The position numbers were made by a program, and so were the translations under genes. A stretch of DNA of 64,000 nucleotides, from the NCBI RefSeq assembly GCF_006345805.1, contig NC_043009.1:71734001-71798000 (forward strand). The letters run 5' to 3'. Below the pieces are notes generated by a model that worked only from the letters and a program-made list of their open reading frames with translations, was not told where the DNA came from and did no database searches. Below, one piece after another: positions 12,668 to 25,373 of this stretch. Source of the DNA: Octopus sinensis (Eukaryota). Position 1 is the first letter of the stretch. Every line of letters starts with the position of its first letter.

Positions 12668-12870
12668 CACCACCGCCACCACTTCTAACCACCCTCGCCA
12701 CCACCGCCACCACTTCTAACCGCCCTCGCCACCACCGCCACCACTTCTAACCACCCTCGCCACCACCGCCACCACTTCTAACCACCCTCGCCACCACCGC
12801 CACCACTTCTAACCACCCTCGCCACCACCGCCACCACTTCTAACCACCCTCGCCACCACCGCCACCACCA
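12668..12870. repeat. 31-bp minisatellite, ~6.5 copies (CCACCACCGCCACCACTTCTAACCACCCTCG)
   Basis: ACTTCT recurs at 12681, 12712, 12743, 12774, 12805 and 12836. Confidence 0.92.
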
Positions 12871-13179
12871 CCACACCACTTGTATCTGACTCCATCATCA
12901 CAACTACCAAAACCACTACATCCTTCACTACCCCCTCACTAAAGCAGCAGCAATACCAACATCACCCCCGACCGCCGCCCCCACCGACTACTTTCACATC
13001 CGCACCACCACCACCACCACCACCGCCGCCGCCGCCGCCACCACCACCACAATCACCGCTGCCACCACTACCACTTCTACAAACGCCACTATAATCACAC
13101 TCACCACCACCACCACCACCGCTACTACTTCCACCACTACAATCCACAACAGCCACAGTAAAGTTGGAATCCACAAAAT

Positions 13180-13712
13180 GGTTTTATTTTGGTCTGGAAA
13201 TAGAATGAGACGAAGTTCGGACATCGCGAATGAGTTTGGTGTGAAGTGAAAGAAAGAAGAAGAAGAAAAAGAAAGGGAAGAAAGAAGGAGAATAGAAAGA
13301 AAATAAAAAAAGGAAGGAAAAGAAGAAGGAAGAGGGGGGCAAGAGAGTGCAAGGGAAAGTTGTCTGAAGAACAGACAACAACAACAACAAATCTAAACCA
13401 AATTTATCAGCAAACTTATTCCAATTTGGAAGTTGAAGGAGGAAGAAGAGGAAGAAAGAAGAGAAAGTTTTAAGACAAAACTACATCCCCCCCGCCACTG
13501 CTGATACTACTACTACTACTAAGGCGCTAGCAGAATTCTGATGAGTGGCCGAGGAGGACCCCACGAAGTACTTTTGTGACTGGACTGTGATATTTACCCT
13601 ATCAGTCACATTGGTCAGGATCCTTGTTTTAACTGGTCAAGAAAGTTGGCCTTGGATAATCAATACAGACCCGTAAAGAACGATCTTGGCCTTGTGATTA
13701 CGTTTCCCCAAG
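13180..13712 (+). promoter_or_regulatory. Candidate CpG-retaining first (5' UTR) exon of an unidentified gene
   Basis: Unique sequence with retained CpGs, ending in a consensus donor CAAG|GTAAGT (GT at 13713-13714). No long ATG-initiated ORF. Confidence 0.4.
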
Positions 13713-13941
13713 GTAAGTGATTGATTATCAATTAGTAAATTATTTGGCATTCTAATATTTATTTATTTATTACGTGTAGGCTTTTTACACCCTGGTTAAG
13801 CTATGTTTATGGGGTGAATTTTGTGTTTTGAAATTTTATTGGGATTTCATGCATAGAGTGTAAATTATGTGTGTGAACAGATTGCTGATAAATATACGGC
13901 TGTATTCTAATAGATATTATATACATATTTATATATGTGTG

Positions 13942-13954
<13 letters not shown>

Positions 13955-13979
<25 letters not shown>

Positions 13980-14405
13980 CATGGATAAAAAAATAAGAGC
14001 ATGCAGTGACAAATATGCTGAAAAACTCTCTGCATATACATACATATGTATATAAGTGTGTGTATGCATGTACACACACACACACACGTATTCACACAGA
14101 TATTAATAGTTGTGTACTTTGACAATTGCTTAGAGTGAAAGCAGCATGTGCGAGTCTGTGTATTGTGTGTACGTATGTATATATATATATATTATATATA
14201 TATATATTATACATGGATAAAAAAATAAGAGCATGCAGTGACAAATATGCTGAAAAACTCTCTGCATATACATACATATGTATATAAGTGTGTGTATGCA
14301 TGTACACACACACACACACGTATTCACACAGATATTAATAGTTGTGTACTTTGACAATTGCTTAGAGTGAAAGCAGCATGTGCGAGTCTGTGTATTGTGT
14401 GTACG

Positions 14406-14420
<15 letters not shown>
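13955..14420. repeat. Near-perfect tandem duplication, unit 232 bp
   Basis: ATGGATAAAAAAATAAGAGC at 13981 and 14213; identical peptide starts in minus ORFs ending at 14125 and 14357. Confidence 0.92.
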
Positions 14421-14463
<43 letters not shown>

Positions 14464-14503
14464 TGTATTTGTATACAAAAATATAAATGCGCGTTCAGAT
14501 TAC

Positions 14504-14546
<43 letters not shown>

Positions 14547-14900
14547 ATGTATGTACGTATGTATATAGTTATGTACATGATAAATAGATAGAATGATAGG
14601 TAGACAGAAAGCGATATGTTTGTCTAATGATTGCTAAATAAAACACTAGCTGCGTGTGTATATTATCTGAGTGTGGGTGTGGCTGCAATGTCCAGCAAAT
14701 AAAGTAAGTGAGGAATGTATAGTCACTAGGGTATATACGCATACCCTGGTGTATATCTAGACACAGTTATGGCCAAGTGGTTGTGAAGTTTGCTTCACAA
14801 TTATGACATCAGGGTTCAATTCCGTTGTTTGACACCCTATAAAATGGTCTTTTAGCATAGCTTCAGTTTGATGCCGGCCACGTGAACGAACTTCTGGTTC

Positions 14901-15168
14901 CAATGGCTCCTCAACCAAGGTCCACATGACCCTTAAGGGTCTATATAAGAATTTCATTGTTAAAATTTATCTGCAACAGATTAGAGCTGAAACTTTGACA
15001 ATACACCAAAAATATTTTGACAATTTTTTGATATAATTCCTAATAATATTTAATCAAAAAAAATCCAAGAAGATTTTTAAGCATCAAATGGTCATGAAGG
15101 TCTATCCAAGTAAAATAGGAATGAAAAGGAGGGGTGGGGCATAGTGAGAAAATGGTTGAGAACCACTG
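14901..15168. mobile_element. hAT-type MITE
   Basis: Termini CAATGGCTCCTCAACC and GGTTGAGAACCACTG; same family as 52870 and 62057. No clear TSD. Confidence 0.65.
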
Positions 15169-15357
15169 GGGGTAGACTCTGCTTATCACTGGAAAGGCAA
15201 ACTGTCATGAAATGTTCTGTGGTTGCATTGGAATGCTCAACCATTTCCACTCAATATGCGGAGAGAGTTCCGTTGATCAAACAAGTGGAATGTTTTACTG
15301 TCCACACCAACAAAGATTTGTTATGTCATAAAAGAAAATCTTTTTTAAAACTGTGGA

Positions 15358-15522
15358 GGTGCAGGGGTGGCTGTGGGGTAAGTAGCTTGCTTACCAACTA
15401 CATGGTTCTAGGTTCAGTCCCACTTTGTGGCACCTTGGGCAAGTGTCTTCTACCATAGCCTCGGGCCAACCAAAGCCATATGAGTGGATTTGGTAGATGG
15501 AAACTGAAAGAAGCCTGTCATA

Positions 15523-15571
<49 letters not shown>

Positions 15572-15596
15572 GTATGTATATATATATGTATATATA

Positions 15597-15642
<46 letters not shown>

Positions 15643-15675
15643 ATATATATATGTATGTATATATATATATGTATG

Positions 15676-15706
<31 letters not shown>

Positions 15707-16266
15707 ATATATATATGTATGTATATATATATATGTATGTATATATATATATGTATGTATTATATATATGTATGTATATATATATGTATGTATATATATA
15801 TATGTATGTATATATATATATGTATGTATATATATATATGTATGTATATATATATATATGTATGTATATATATATATGTATGATATATATATATGTATGT
15901 ATATATATATATGTATGTATATATATATGTATGTATATATATTATATGTATGTATATATATATATGTATGTATATATATATATGTATGTATGTATATATA
16001 TATATGTATGTATATATATATATATGTATGTATATATATATATATCTATATATATATATATATTATATGTATGTATGTGTGTGTCCCAACATCGTTTGAC
16101 AACTGATGCTGGTGTGTTTACATCCCCGTAACTTAGCGGTTTGGCAAAAATGACCTATAGAATAAGTACTAGGCTTACAAAGAATAAGTCCTGGAGTCAA
16201 AAATGCTCAACTAAAGGCAATGCTCCAGCATGGCTGCAGTCAAAAATGATTGAAACAAGTAAAAGA
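15358..16266 (+). mobile_element. SINE family A with ~560 bp internal (TA/TATG)n expansion (15519-16081)
   Basis: Head 15358-15518 and tail 16082-16266 are colinear with the copy at 9891. Confidence 0.88.
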
Positions 16267-16868
16267 ATTATACACACATACAAACAAGTGTATATGGTGT
16301 GTCTTTAATCGTTTGCCATTCAAATCACTCTGTCAAGTTTGATGTTTATTCAATCCCATTATGAATTAGTCATGAGTCATCTTGGAGCTTTGAGATTTTG
16401 AACAACATTGCAGGATAAGTGTAAGAAGCCAGATATGGTTGGTTTCGACAGAAAGCAGTTTGCATATTGGAGCCGGTTTGAATGCTAAAGGGTTAATGAC
16501 AATCACATCACAATCCATTTCCATATAAAACAAATGTGTGTGTGTGTGTGTGTACACGTGTGTGTACATGTGTGTGTACACGTGTGTGTACGTTGATGTA
16601 TTTGTAAATGCAATTAATATCTGTTTTCCAGGTTGGCATGGGTTAGAGAGGGGGGTGTTGTGTTGTTCTTCCTGTCAACTTGACTTGTTTTTCTACTAAT
16701 ATATATACAAACATTACATATACATACAATATACACAAAGTTTTATGTATATGACACACACACACACACATTTATGTAGGTGTATATGGATGTTTCCATG
16801 GAAACATGAAAATAAGAGTCCGTCTTGTGAGTGTGTGTCTGTATATTTATTCAAAAGAAGATGCATAG

Positions 16869-16902
<34 letters not shown>

Positions 16903-16933
16903 TGTGTGTGTATGTGTGAGTGTGTGTGTGTGT

Positions 16934-16992
<59 letters not shown>
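16869..16992. repeat. (GT)n microsatellite
   Basis: Direct inspection. Confidence 0.92.
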
Positions 16993-16993
<1 letters not shown>

Positions 16994-17749
16994 CTGTAGG
17001 TATGATTTGATGCACCTGATACAACAACTAAACAATTATATATATAAACATGCATGCACACGCACACACATGTATACATGTATGTATGAATGTATGTGTG
17101 GCTAAGAATTGGTTTCAGGTTCAGTCCCACCGTGTGACATCTTGGGCAAGAATCTCCTGCTATAACCTTGGGCTGACCAAACACTTGTGAGTGGATTTGG
17201 CTGATAGAAATTAGAGAAAGCCTCAGACGTGTGTGTGTTAGAGTCTGTATGCTTTAACATCCTGTAGTAGCTGTAAATGAGTGTCACCGTCACACAAGTG
17301 ATATTTCCAATCTTCTGTAAAAACATGTCTGGTCTTAGGGAAATATTATTTTTGCTTGCAATCAAGAAGGTTGGCAACAGAAAGGGGATCCAGGCATGGA
17401 AAATCTGGCTGGATCAATTCTGTAACACTTATGGGAGCATAGAAAAGAAGAAACACTAAAAACAATAGTGATGATGATGATGTTGATATCCATCCATCCA
17501 TCTGTCTGTCTGCCTGTCTGTCTCCCCCCCCCCAGGAAATGACAAGGGACCAAAAGATGTGGCGATTTGCTGTACTTGATAAGACACGTCAAGCTTAGTA
17601 AAATCGCTGCCTTCCCCACGAGCAGGCTTCTCCTTTCAGGTGCCGGTGCCACTTAGAATGCACCTGTGCTGCTGCTGCTGTCTTGATGCACCTGTATGTA
17701 TACATATATGTATACATATATGTATGTGTGTGTGTATATATATATATGT

Positions 17750-17780
<31 letters not shown>

Positions 17781-17781
<1 letters not shown>

Positions 17782-17894
17782 TTATTATATAGAAGGAGCT
17801 TCTACAGGACTAGAACTGTTTCATTCAAGAGAAATGAAGATTTCTCTTGAATGAAACAGTTCTAGTCCTGTAGAAGCTCCTTCTATATAATAAA
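17781..17894. repeat. Perfect inverted repeat: 55-bp arms, 4-nt loop (GAAG)
   Basis: 17781-17835 is the exact reverse complement of 17840-17894. Confidence 0.95.
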
Positions 17895-17961
17895 TTAATT
17901 TTACTCTACTATGTATTGAGTACCTTATTTACTGTGGTTAACCCCGAATCAACCCGGGACC

Positions 17962-17995
<34 letters not shown>

Positions 17996-17996
<1 letters not shown>

Positions 17997-18830
17997 TCAT
18001 CATCGTTTAACGTCTGCTTTCCATGCTAGCATGAGTTGGACGAATGACTGAGGGCTGGCGAACCAGATGGCTGTACCAGGCTTCAATCTTGATCTGGCAG
18101 AGTTTCTACAGCTGGATGCCATTCCTAACGCCAACCACTCTGAGAGTGTAGTGGGTGCTTTTACATGCCACCGGCATGGGGCCAGTCAGGCAGTACTGGC
18201 AGCGACCTTGCTCGAATCTTTTACACATTCCACCAGCACAGGTGCTCTTTAAGGTGATGCTGGAGGCGATGCTGGTAACGATCACGCTCAAATGGTGCCT
18301 TTTAGGTGCCACTGGTATGAAAGCCGGTTGGCCGCTCTGTCAATGATCACACTCGTATGGTGCTCTTTGCACCCTGCTAGCACAGACGCCAGTCATCGAA
18401 TTTGATTTTGATTTTGATTTTTTATTTCACTTACCCCAACAGGTTTTCGCAAGCAGAGTTTTAGTGTCCAAAGAAGTAAAAGGTACGCATAAGTGGGCTG
18501 GTAACGCCCCTGGCATAGGTCACAGGTTATGGTCTCATTTGGCTTGCCAGGTCTTCTCAAGCATAGCATATTTCCAAAAGTCTCAGTCGCTAGTCATTTC
18601 CTTGGTGAGGCCTAATGTTCGAAGGTTGTGCTTCACCACTTCATCCCAGGTCTTCCTGGGTCTACCTCTCCCACAGGCTCCAGCAACCATAAGGGTGTGG
18701 CACTTTTTCACACAGCTGTCCTCATCCATTCTCACCACATGACCATACCAGCGCAATCGTCTCTCTTGCACACCACATCTGATGCTTCTTAGGTCCAACA
18801 TTTCTCTCAAGGTACTTACACTCTGTCGAG
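17996..18830 (-). mobile_element. 5'-truncated RTE LINE copy
   Basis: Minus ORF 18583-18879 contains QERRLRWYGHVVRM and GRGRPRKTWDEVVKH; 3' UTR and (GAT)n tail as in 474-3309; (TA)n on both sides. Confidence 0.92.
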
Positions 18831-18843
18831 TATATATATATAC

Positions 18844-18917
<74 letters not shown>

Positions 18918-20364
18918 AAGGTAATGTTTTGCATATGCATGTACTTGGAAATGTAAAAACAAGTGGTGTAGAATGAATGAGAAATGTTGCGGAGAGAGAG
19001 AGAGAGGGAGAGGACAGCTTTTAATTTCTGTTTATCTAGCTTGTTCTGATGTCTCCACTTTTTGATGCTGGTTGAGTTCTGCCACAAAGTGAAAATGGTT
19101 TTGAGTTCCATTTGTATAGATTATTCCATAGCCAATGCCAGGCTGAGAAGTGTTGCTCTCTCTCCCTTTCAATGGTGCAATTAATTTGGGAAAATGGTAA
19201 CAATCAAAACTTTGTTGGATTGCATGTGTGTATGATGCAAGTAAGTCTACATGGTGTGTGCATGTGGGTTGCGATATCATGTGCACTTTCATACAAGTGA
19301 GTCTGTAAAATGTGAATGAGCAATGATGTACATATGTTTCAGTTTACACATCATACATATACATACATATACATACATATACATACATATACATACGTGT
19401 ACGATTTACATTCTCAGCTACTATGCCTTCTTTAAAGAAAACTGAGCCAGTTTGTAAAGTTGATGATTTTGTAATGAGGTTTGGCTCACATTTGTTTTCT
19501 GTGAGTTGAAGGTGCTCTTTGCCAGGGTTGATCTGGAATGTTTCATAGTTACAGTATCTGAGTTAATCCTTGACAATGGATTTTCTGTCCTTGCCAACAG
19601 GTTTGTGATTGTTCCAACTGAAGTAAACAAATAAAGCAGACAAAAGGTGTTGTTTTTGGTATCATGTTGTCTGTCAGAAAACTTAGCTTTAAAAGGTGAA
19701 AAGCAGAGAGTGGGGAGCCATACAGTGCGGGGTGGGGGTTATGGTGTTCCGTGGTTGTTTGATAAGCTGAGTTATTATTGAGGTTGTAGTAAGTTAAACC
19801 AGCTAATTCAAAAAGATATCATAGCAGTTATCAGATAAAGGCCATTTGATCAAGATCACCAATAGAGATGTGAGAGGCAACAATAAAGTGGACTTGTTTG
19901 TGAATTCTCATTTAGTTCCTCCTATCTGTCATGAGAAGGTAGAAGAAGAAAAAACACTAACAATGTTTGCAATGTTCTTAAACAACACATGTTTATTCCG
20001 AAATATTTATAAAGAAGAACTTTCTCTGAAATAAAAACTCATGCAAAGAAACATAAAAATTTTTAATTGCACATAAAAGCTACTTTGGAATTAACATGTA
20101 GCATTCCACATATGAATTGCAATAAATTTTATATGCTTGTGAAGAAAAAAACAAGTTGTTAAAATATTGCTGAATATTTAGGAACTGGAAATCAACATTT
20201 GTGGTCTGTGAAGTAACAGAACCGAAAACAGAGCAAACTGAATGTTTTGTTCTGTTGAAATATATTTTGTATTTAAGACAGACAGAAGCCAGAGCAGACA
20301 ATGACTAATTCTACCGTTTCTTTGCTTTGGTTGAGTTGCTGACAAGAGATAAAGTCTTTTAGAT

Positions 20365-20612
20365 GAAGGGTTCTCACCCGTTTTTTATTTTTGCCTTTGG
20401 GCCCTGTTGATTCTTATTTTGCTTTCCTGGACCTCCAAAGCCAGTCAATGTCAAAAAAAACAACATATTTTTATAATTAATTATTATAAGAAACAGTGAA
20501 GAAAAAAAGTTATTAAAATATTTTTGTGTTGCAATTTATTGCCCATAAATATTAACAACAAAATCTTGAACGGCCCCTCAAGGGTCATGTAGATCTTGTT
20601 TGAGAATCACGA
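20365..20612. mobile_element. Degenerate hAT-type MITE
   Basis: Termini resemble GGTTCTCAACC and GGTTGAGAACCAC. Confidence 0.45.
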
Positions 20613-20862
20613 CTATCCAAGGAAGAGAAAGTCTATTTGGAGATGACCTTTCTCTACCTTGTTACAGTTCCGTCACAGTCTAGCTACAGAGTTTAATGAT
20701 GCCAGAGTGCCATGTATTGGGATGCTGGGCGTGGATGGTGACTGCTGCCAGTGACAGTCTGTGATTGTTTTATTTGCTATCAAACGGAATTATTCACAGC
20801 TAACCTCTGTAACTGCTTCGAACCAATTCTACTGTTCACCACTTGCAAACATATGAAGGGAC

Positions 20863-20903
20863 GTGTGTGAATGTGTGTGTGTGAGTGTGAGTGTGTGTGT
20901 GTG

Positions 20904-20938
<35 letters not shown>

Positions 20939-20991
20939 TGTGTGTGTGTGTGTGTGTGTGTGAATGTGTGTGTGTGTGTGTGAATGTGTGT

Positions 20992-21054
<63 letters not shown>

Positions 21055-21174
21055 TGTGTGTGAGTGTGTGTGTGTGTGTGTGGTGTGAATGTGTGGTGTG
21101 TGTGTGTGTGTGTGTGTGTGAATGTGTGTGTGTGTGAGTGTGTGTGTGTGTGGTGTGTGTGTGTGTGTGTGTGA

Positions 21175-21209
<35 letters not shown>

Positions 21210-21270
21210 TGTGTGTGTGAGTGTGTGTGTGTGTGTGTGTGAATGTGTGTGTGTGTGTGTGCGTGTGTGT
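20863..21270. repeat. Interrupted (GT)n tract with GAAT/GAGT variants
   Basis: Direct inspection. Confidence 0.92.
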
Positions 21271-21624
21271 TTAAATAGACATATATGTCTCTATGTGCGT
21301 GACTAAGTCTAAAGATGTGGCAGTCAGTCCCAAGTCATGGCTGGCTGGCTGCAGCAATATATTACATAATAACATTTGCTTATGCGGGTGCCTGTGTCTG
21401 TGTGTATACAAACATGCATGCGTACACACACACACACACACACATGTATACGGGGTGGGGGCAGCTTTCCCCTAGCACACTTGGTACTCTTGTATATGCA
21501 CATGCACGCATAATCTCAAACGTAAATTGATATCAAGCTGTAAAGTTATATGTGTGTTTGTGTGTTTATATGAGAACATATACACGAGCCTGGGTGTATG
21601 TGTGCGTGTGTGTGTGTGTGTATT

Positions 21625-21657
<33 letters not shown>

Positions 21658-22064
21658 ACACACACACACATGCATTTATAACAAAATCCAAATTCTTACT
21701 TATGAGAGAGAATGTGTTTTGATGTATAAATAAATGTGAAGAGTACGCAACAATATTCATGCAATAAATATATTTTTCTCTCTTTCTCTCTCTCCATACA
21801 CATACTACACATATTTATATATATACATACACACATGCACACACGCATGCACAAATATATATACATGTATGTATACATATGTATGTATGTGTATATATAT
21901 ATATTCAACTGGCTGGAACCAAATCTGGTTGAAACTGACTTTCAACCAATTTTTGTTCCAGATGACCAAATTATATATACATATGTACATACATCTATGC
22001 ATAGATATATATATATGTATATACATACATACATGCATACACACACACATATATAAATATATAT

Positions 22065-22132
<68 letters not shown>

Positions 22133-22519
22133 ATGAATATATATATATATATTCTCTATATTAAAAAAAAATGTTCAATAGTGTGTGACGTATCAGTTCT
22201 ACATGTTTTGATCATTTGCTAAAAAATTCAGACCTACTTTAGCCTGTGTATGTTTACTCTCTCTCTTTCTCTCTCTCTCTCTCTTTCACACACACACACA
22301 CACACACGTTATGTATGTGTGTATTTGTAAATATGGTACCAGCAGACATCAAAGAAAACACCAACCAAAACTGTAGAAAGAAAACCGATATTAATATTTC
22401 AATTTCCTCATCCTCCCCCTCATCATCATCATCATCATCATCATCTTCATCAGTTCTATAGCCATTTCAAATCTATAAGGTACCTGTGGAACTATATGCT
22501 AAATAAAGTAGCCTGTTAC

Positions 22520-22586
22520 CTTTGAAACCACAGTCTGTTTATTGTCTTTAAAAATGGCAATGTTGGACAAAGCAGTTCTGAGTTCT
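22520..22586 (-). CDS. Candidate 67-nt internal exon (ELRTALSNIAIFKDNKQTVVSK), unidentified gene
   Basis: Acceptor ctttctttcctctgccactgaacag|, donor AAG|GTAACA; one open frame; joins in frame to 31497-31528. Confidence 0.3.
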
Positions 22587-23935
22587 CTGTTCAGTGGCAG
22601 AGGAAAGAAAGGTTACATCTGGAATACTTTTGACCACTGGTCAGCATTTACATTCAAACAAAGACTCAATAACATTCCGATTTCCATTCTGTATTCATTC
22701 ATTTTTTAATCTTTTTTTCTGTTCTTTGAGAATTGGTCCCTTGTCTCCTTCAATGCAAATTATCACACAATATGATGGGCCCCAAGAACTCCCACCAAAG
22801 ACTTGACCTTCATGGAGTGCCTATCGAGAGCAAGAAAGCCTGCAAAAGCCCATGATAAATGTAAGTTGCAAGAATATGTTGGAGGGGTCCTCAGACTTGT
22901 TGGCATCAAGTCCTAGCAAGGGGTGTTCATAGTCATTGGCAAGTGTGTGTGTGTGTATTTATATAGGGATCCTATGATTCAGCTTTTGTCTTTACCCCCA
23001 GAACATAATATAAGTTTTGATTTTCCATTCCTATATTCTGCTGTGTTTTCAGAAAAGCTCAACTTACAAGAAATTAAACTCTAAGGCCATGTGAACTGGA
23101 TATTGAACAACAAACCAATAGGTTGTGAGTTCAAATCTCCAACTATGAATTTATTGTTTCCAGCCCTTAACAGTCCCTTTGCATTTTAAGAAGTACCTCA
23201 TGAAGACACTCAGGAAAAGTGTGTCCCCTTACAACAGTGAACCTTCCCATAACTCTAATCACATTTACTTTTCTGTAACTGGTTGCCTGGCAACACTTCC
23301 ATGCTAGAAATAGCACCTAAGTTTCACATCATAATACTTATCTGTGACATGTTGCAATATAGACAGAGAGGAAGTTCCAGTTGGATGCAGTTGAAGAAAC
23401 AAAGGATTGGGTAACGAAATAATAAGAGCAGGGATGATTGACAAGTATGTCAAGTGGGCCTGAAAGCAGGTGTTAGGCTAGGGTTAGGGGATTGGAGTGA
23501 CATGTAGCCACCTAATTCCCAGGGGCAAAGACTGTTTGTGGGGCTGTTGTAATGAGAAGAAACATCTGTAAACCAAGTGGATGTAGAATGTTTGATAATG
23601 AATAAATCTTTACTCAGGGCCGACATGCATTTTAGGGGCTGACAGCATTTCTGTCCCCTGTTTACTAATGCCCTTGTGAACAGTTTAACAGCCACAAATA
23701 CCTTGTTTTCAAGATTTGTGTCAATAAAATATTTCACTATAAATTATTTGTGTGTAATATCCATTTTTCCCAGAATTTTAAATCTGAAAATTAGTGGGGC
23801 ACATTATACAAAACAAATAATATGCTACCCTTCTTTTAGTTTTCTTGTTTCCCTTGTGAAGGGCCATATTTTGGGACAACATAATCACAAGTAATAAGTG
23901 ATATCTTTTGTCCAGGAATAATGATGTGTGAGTGC

Positions 23936-23970
<35 letters not shown>

Positions 23971-24019
23971 TTGCCAGTGCTGCCTGACTGGCCCCTGAGT
24001 CATTCCATCTGTTGAACAT

Positions 24020-24075
24020 CCATTCAAGCAATTCCTAATGGATAATCCCTTCCCAGTCCCACCATACAGTCAAAG
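24020..24075 (-). mobile_element. Short mariner transposase fragment
   Basis: Translates to LTVWWDWEGIIH*ELLE, matching the mariner VWWDWxGIIHYELL motif. Confidence 0.65.
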
Positions 24076-25373
24076 CAGCACTGGCATTCAGACAGGCATT
24101 CAGCAGCAGGGCCTCCCTAATGCTATGATGGACCTTGAAGTCTGGCATAGCATAGTAAATTCCATTGTCTCGACCACTGATGATGATTATACAGGGGGAG
24201 GGGAGTAAATGTCCTAGACTCATATATACCATCATCATCATTTAACATCCGTTGTCCATGCTGGCACATATACAAATATTTATGACAAGCTTCTTTCAGT
24301 TTCCATTTACAAAATTCACTAGCAAAGCTTTGGTCAACCCAAGGTTATAATAGAAAGCACGCAAGGTGCCATGCAGTGGGACTGAACCTGGAACCAGGTG
24401 ATTGGGAAGCAAACTGCTTAACTATACAGCCATGCCTGTGTATTTCATCCTGTTGATAATAACCTCGTTATTATTGCCATTGGTTCTCATAATAGAAGAT
24501 ACATGCTTCAGGCCACTAGGCTGACAAACAGATTACATTCTTAATTCATGGTTGGGTGTTTTAGAATAAGAAAGGGTTTTTTACTGAAACTATCATCATA
24601 TTCATTTCTAACAAGAACAAGAACACCATGTCTGCCAAAACCATCACTACCATCATTGGAATCACTTTTACATCTGATTGCTACTTTCCTTATTAACAGC
24701 AACAACCTCCCCACCCCCACCCCCACCCCCACCACCACTCCTTAGATTCGTCCCAGCATGTCTGAGTTGTAGGGTTCTTGGATTGGCAGGCAGAAAGCAT
24801 GGAAGAACTGCAACAACAGGCTTGTACTCTCTCACCGCTACAAAACTGCTGCCACGTCTGGCTGTTCAGCCAATCACCAACCAGTTACCATTGGAAGGCT
24901 CAAAGTTGACCTGGTACCACAAGATTACCACAATGGCAACAACAACAACAGGAACAACATGCAAAACCCTAATTTGTGAGATTATTTTAACAGGGAACAA
25001 GGAAATGTCTTGGATAAATTATTGCCTTTATCATTATCATCATCATCGTTGTCATCATCATCGTCCTTAGTGTCATCACCCCCATCATCATTTTTACATT
25101 CATTCCTCAGTGTGGCATGGTTTGCAAATATTTTCAACTGGGAATTGAAATCAGAACTGTAGTTTGACTTCCAGATGCCTTGCTTTTAGTATTGATGTTT
25201 TGGTTTATTCATAGAGGACTGAAGAAACAGAAATGGTAATGGTACCAGGCTGAAGAGCTTGCTCTCTTTTAGTTTCATGCCTCACTCAACTGGGTTCAAT
25301 TCTTGCCAGGATTAAATTTGCTTTTTCATTCTTACAAATTTGTTGAAATAAGTACCAGTAATATACTGCAACA

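Noticed and set aside
15480-16131. Long Tyr/Ile/Met/Cys-rich ORFs (also 35960-36691, 39309-40711, 45289-45643, 53306-53803)
   Set aside because: These are translations of (TA)n, (CATA)n and (CA)n microsatellites, which lack stops by composition.
19490-19617. Minus-strand exon candidate with a strong acceptor
   Set aside because: Its only open frame is not phase-compatible with the 22520-22586 candidate, and the peptide is unrecognised.
24678-25070. 130-aa + strand ORF
   Set aside because: Non-ATG start, low-complexity ends and no recognisable domain.
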